Shown in pieces: positions 62,011 through 64,000 of a stretch of 64,000 nt of DNA. Source of the DNA: Methylotenera sp. (GTDB lineage: Bacteria; Pseudomonadota; Gammaproteobacteria; Burkholderiales; Methylophilaceae). The notes beneath the pieces are model-generated. The model ran no database searches. It worked only from the letters and a program-made list of their open reading frames with translations, and was not told the origin of the DNA. The stretch lies in NCBI RefSeq assembly GCF_029945705.1, contig NZ_JAQSDC010000047.1:41921-105920 (forward strand), read 5' to 3'. Every line of letters begins with the position of its first letter. The stretch's first letter is position 1. Both the position numbers and the translations under genes were made by a program.

Positions 62011-62082
62011 TTATTTGTTCATTACGTACATTGTAACTTCAAAGCCAAAACGCATTTCTGTAGCTGCTGGTGTTGTCCACAT
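62011..62082 (-). CDS. pqqA: PQQ precursor peptide PqqA (23 aa, absent from ORF track)
   Basis: MWTTPAATEMRFGFEVTMYVMNK with E-x3-Y; AAGGA RBS upstream; own terminator. Confidence 0.96.
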   Translation of the reverse strand: MWTTPAATEMRFGFEVTMYVMNK

Positions 62083-62300
62083 GATATTAATCCTTTTTAT
62101 CAGTTTGGCGATTCAGAATGATTCGCTCCATCTGTTGCATTATGCGCCGCCCTTAAAAATCAACCCTATGCGTGCTGCGTAAATCAAGCTAGTGAATTTG
62201 CTTAAATACGCATAGTGCTTTTAGAGGCGCGGCTTTAAGCGTATAATTCATTCATTGATGAACTTAGCGTTATGTAAGTACGTCATAGTAAGACTGATTT

Positions 62301-62667
62301 GGGGCTGACCAGGTTTCGACGTGGGTTACAAAGCAGTGCAGGGCATACCGAGGCTCAGATTACCTCGTAAATACAGCTGAAACAAGTATAGTCGCAAACG
62401 ACGAAACTTACTCTCTAGCAGCTTAGTTCTGCTGGACGCTACACCAGCTCTCCCGTGGGTTGGATTGGGGTAACCCATACGTAGTGTCATATACACGGGA
62501 TACGTGTTGTGTTGGGTTACTTAGCACTGCATTAACCTTAATGTAACTCGCGTGCAAACTGCTTGTCTGTTGGTGTGTTGCACGTTAAATTAAACAACAA
62601 GGCTAAGTATGTAGAACTGTCTGTGGAGGATTTGCGGACGCGGGTTCGATTCCCGCCAGCTCCACCA
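62301..62667 (+). ncRNA. ssrA: tmRNA
   Basis: 5' GGGGCTGACCAGGTTTCGAC; tag ORF 62394-62426 ANDETYSLAA*; 3' GGTTCGATTCCCGCCAGCTCCACCA. Confidence 0.97.
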
Positions 62668-62681
62668 TTTTATTGTAATAA

Positions 62682-62769
62682 AATCAATGACTTAGTGTTT
62701 TATGTTGTCAAAAAATATGACATTATTTGGTGCTATTTAGGGCTGAAATGACAACATTTTTGACAACAT
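62682..62769. promoter_or_regulatory. att arm: IHF site plus integrase arm-type repeats
   Basis: AATCAATGACTTA (62682-62694); ATGTTGTCA (62702-62710, inverted); TGACAACAT at 62749-62757 and 62761-62769. Confidence 0.7.
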
Positions 62770-63913
62770 TTGCGCTAAACATTTGAACGGCTTTGTTGCC
62801 CGCATCTGGGATTGAGTCTTTGATGAATTTTGCGTATACCTTGCGTAACATTCCCCAATCGCTATGTCCCATTTGCGAGGCCAACCAAGTAATAGACTCA
62901 CCAGCGGTAAGCATCATGCTGGCATAGGTGTGTCTGGTTTGGTAAGGTCTGCGATATCTAACTTTTGCGCGTTTTAAAGCGTAAATCCAAACATTTTTTC
63001 TGATGGCTTGATCCCCACTCCAGCGCTCAAAGGTAGCTGGGTTCTGAAATATCTCTGCATTTTTCAAATAAGTGTACTGTTTTTGTTGGTTTAATGCTTG
63101 CAACGCTGGCGCGAGTATTTTAACTTCCCTATTTCCAGACCTTGTTTTTGGTTGCTCACAATCATCGGCAGCTTGAGTAAGTGCCTTATTTATAACTATA
63201 GTGCCACGCTTCCAGTCAATGTCGCCCCAATCCAATGCAACTAACTCACTGGTGCGTAATCCTGTCCAAAAGAAAAATTGCACCATATTTTTACCTTGCC
63301 CCTCAAGTGCGCTTAAAATTGCAGTTTGTTCTATTTGGCTGAATGGCTGAACGTCATCCTCTTTCTTTGGTGCTTCTTTGTTTTCATACTTCCAGCCATA
63401 CATGGGATTGGTTTCGATTAATTCATCATCGACTGCATCTTGAAGTGCGGTTCTAAGTATGCTTTGAATGTTACTTAACCGCTTATTTCCACATGTCATT
63501 TCTAGTAGCCATTTTTTTATAGCGGGTCGTTTGATCTCCGTCAGTGTTTTACCGATAAATTTAGGAATAACTAAGTTGTTGACTACTTTTGTGTAGTCTA
63601 GGAGAGAAGACGCCTTCAGTTTTCTAGCTTTTTCTTGGAGCCAATTATCTAAGTAATCTTCAACTAAGAGGGTCTCACCTTGGTGAGATGTAAACTTAAA
63701 TCTAAGTTTTGATTCAGGAAATGTAATGCTGTAATCAAATGTTTCTTTATCGATTGCATCGTTAATTGCAGCAAGATGATTTTTTATTCTTTTTAGGTTA
63801 GCGGGAGTGGGCTTGAGTTTAACCCTTTCTCGACACCTAACACCTTTGTAGGTAAAGGCGATTTCATAGCTCGTTGCGGACGCCACCTTGATGCCAGTGC
63901 TAATTCCACCCAT
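62723..63913 (-). CDS. int: Phage tyrosine integrase with N-terminal arm-binding domain
   Basis: IAFTYKGVRCRE arm domain; GLRTSEL (R), PKT (K), YQTRHTYA, QMGH, VY (catalytic Y). Confidence 0.95.
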   Translation of the reverse strand: MGGISTGIKVASATSYEIAFTYKGVRCRERVKLKPTPANLKRIKNHLAAINDAIDKETFDYSITFPESKLRFKFTSHQGETLLVEDYLDNWLQEKARKLKASSLLDYTKVVNNLVIPKFIGKTLTEIKRPAIKKWLLEMTCGNKRLSNIQSILRTALQDAVDDELIETNPMYGWKYENKEAPKKEDDVQPFSQIEQTAILSALEGQGKNMVQFFFWTGLRTSELVALDWGDIDWKRGTIVINKALTQAADDCEQPKTRSGNREVKILAPALQALNQQKQYTYLKNAEIFQNPATFERWSGDQAIRKNVWIYALKRAKVRYRRPYQTRHTYASMMLTAGESITWLASQMGHSDWGMLRKVYAKFIKDSIPDAGNKAVQMFSANVVKNVVISALNSTK

Positions 63914-63999
63914 TCGTTATACCCCTCAATAATAATTAAAATTCTTCCATCCAGAGCTTTGATCCAAACTTTATTTTCGAACCAAACACCATCACGAAT
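63793..63999 (-). CDS. Excisionase-family protein (5' truncated; overlaps integrase start)
   Basis: IRDGVWFENKVWIKALDGRILIIIEGYNEWVE... resembles the KAPDGRI...GY..WV excisionase pattern; absent from ORF track. Confidence 0.7.
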   Translation of the reverse strand: MRDGVWFENKVWIKALDGRILIIIEGYNEWVELALASRWRPQRAMKSPLPTKVLGVEKGLNSSPLPLT

Positions 64000-64000
64000 T

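Larger units (their letters stand above)
62668..64000. mobile_element. Left end of a prophage/integrative element inserted at the ssrA 3' end
   Basis: Integrase reading toward ssrA, xis, IHF site 62682-62694, TGACAACAT repeats; no terminator directly after ssrA. Confidence 0.85.

Noticed and set aside
62563-62751. 62-aa ORF in the track
   Set aside because: Overlaps the tmRNA 3' domain and att arm.

Overview
About 42% GC chromosomal segment, most consistent with a Methylophilaceae (Methylotenera-like) betaproteobacterium. This is inferred from the PqqA peptide MWTTPAATEMRFGFEVTMYVMNK, the zwf/pgl type and the guaB-DUF4124-rnfH-ratA-smpB order. The backbone carries thrC, thyA, folA, a basic amino acid decarboxylase, dcd, zwf, pgl, two DEAD-box helicases, typA, an ABC-F ATPase, guaAB, smpB, ompA, recQ and ssrA. 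Accessory blocks: (1) glrK-qseG-glrR followed by a sigma54 promoter with GlrR boxes and an IHF site that appears to drive a small secreted EF-hand protein; (2) a secreted protein plus two tandem membrane paralogs, ending in a REP doublet; (3) a variant PEP-CTERM gene; (4) the best candidate for an undescribed system, a three-gene operon encoding a flavoprotein-2x cNMP-binding-4x[4Fe-4S] protein, a putative diheme membrane cytochrome b and an FHA-TM-decaheme cytochrome c; (5) a fructose PTS operon with a LamB-type porin and fbp; (6) a 7 kb quinone/electrophile-stress island with a truncated ribA; (7) an orphan pqqA missed by the ORF track; (8) the left end of a prophage-like element (int/xis) integrated at the 3' end of tmRNA. 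All assignments come from motif recognition by eye; no database searches were run.
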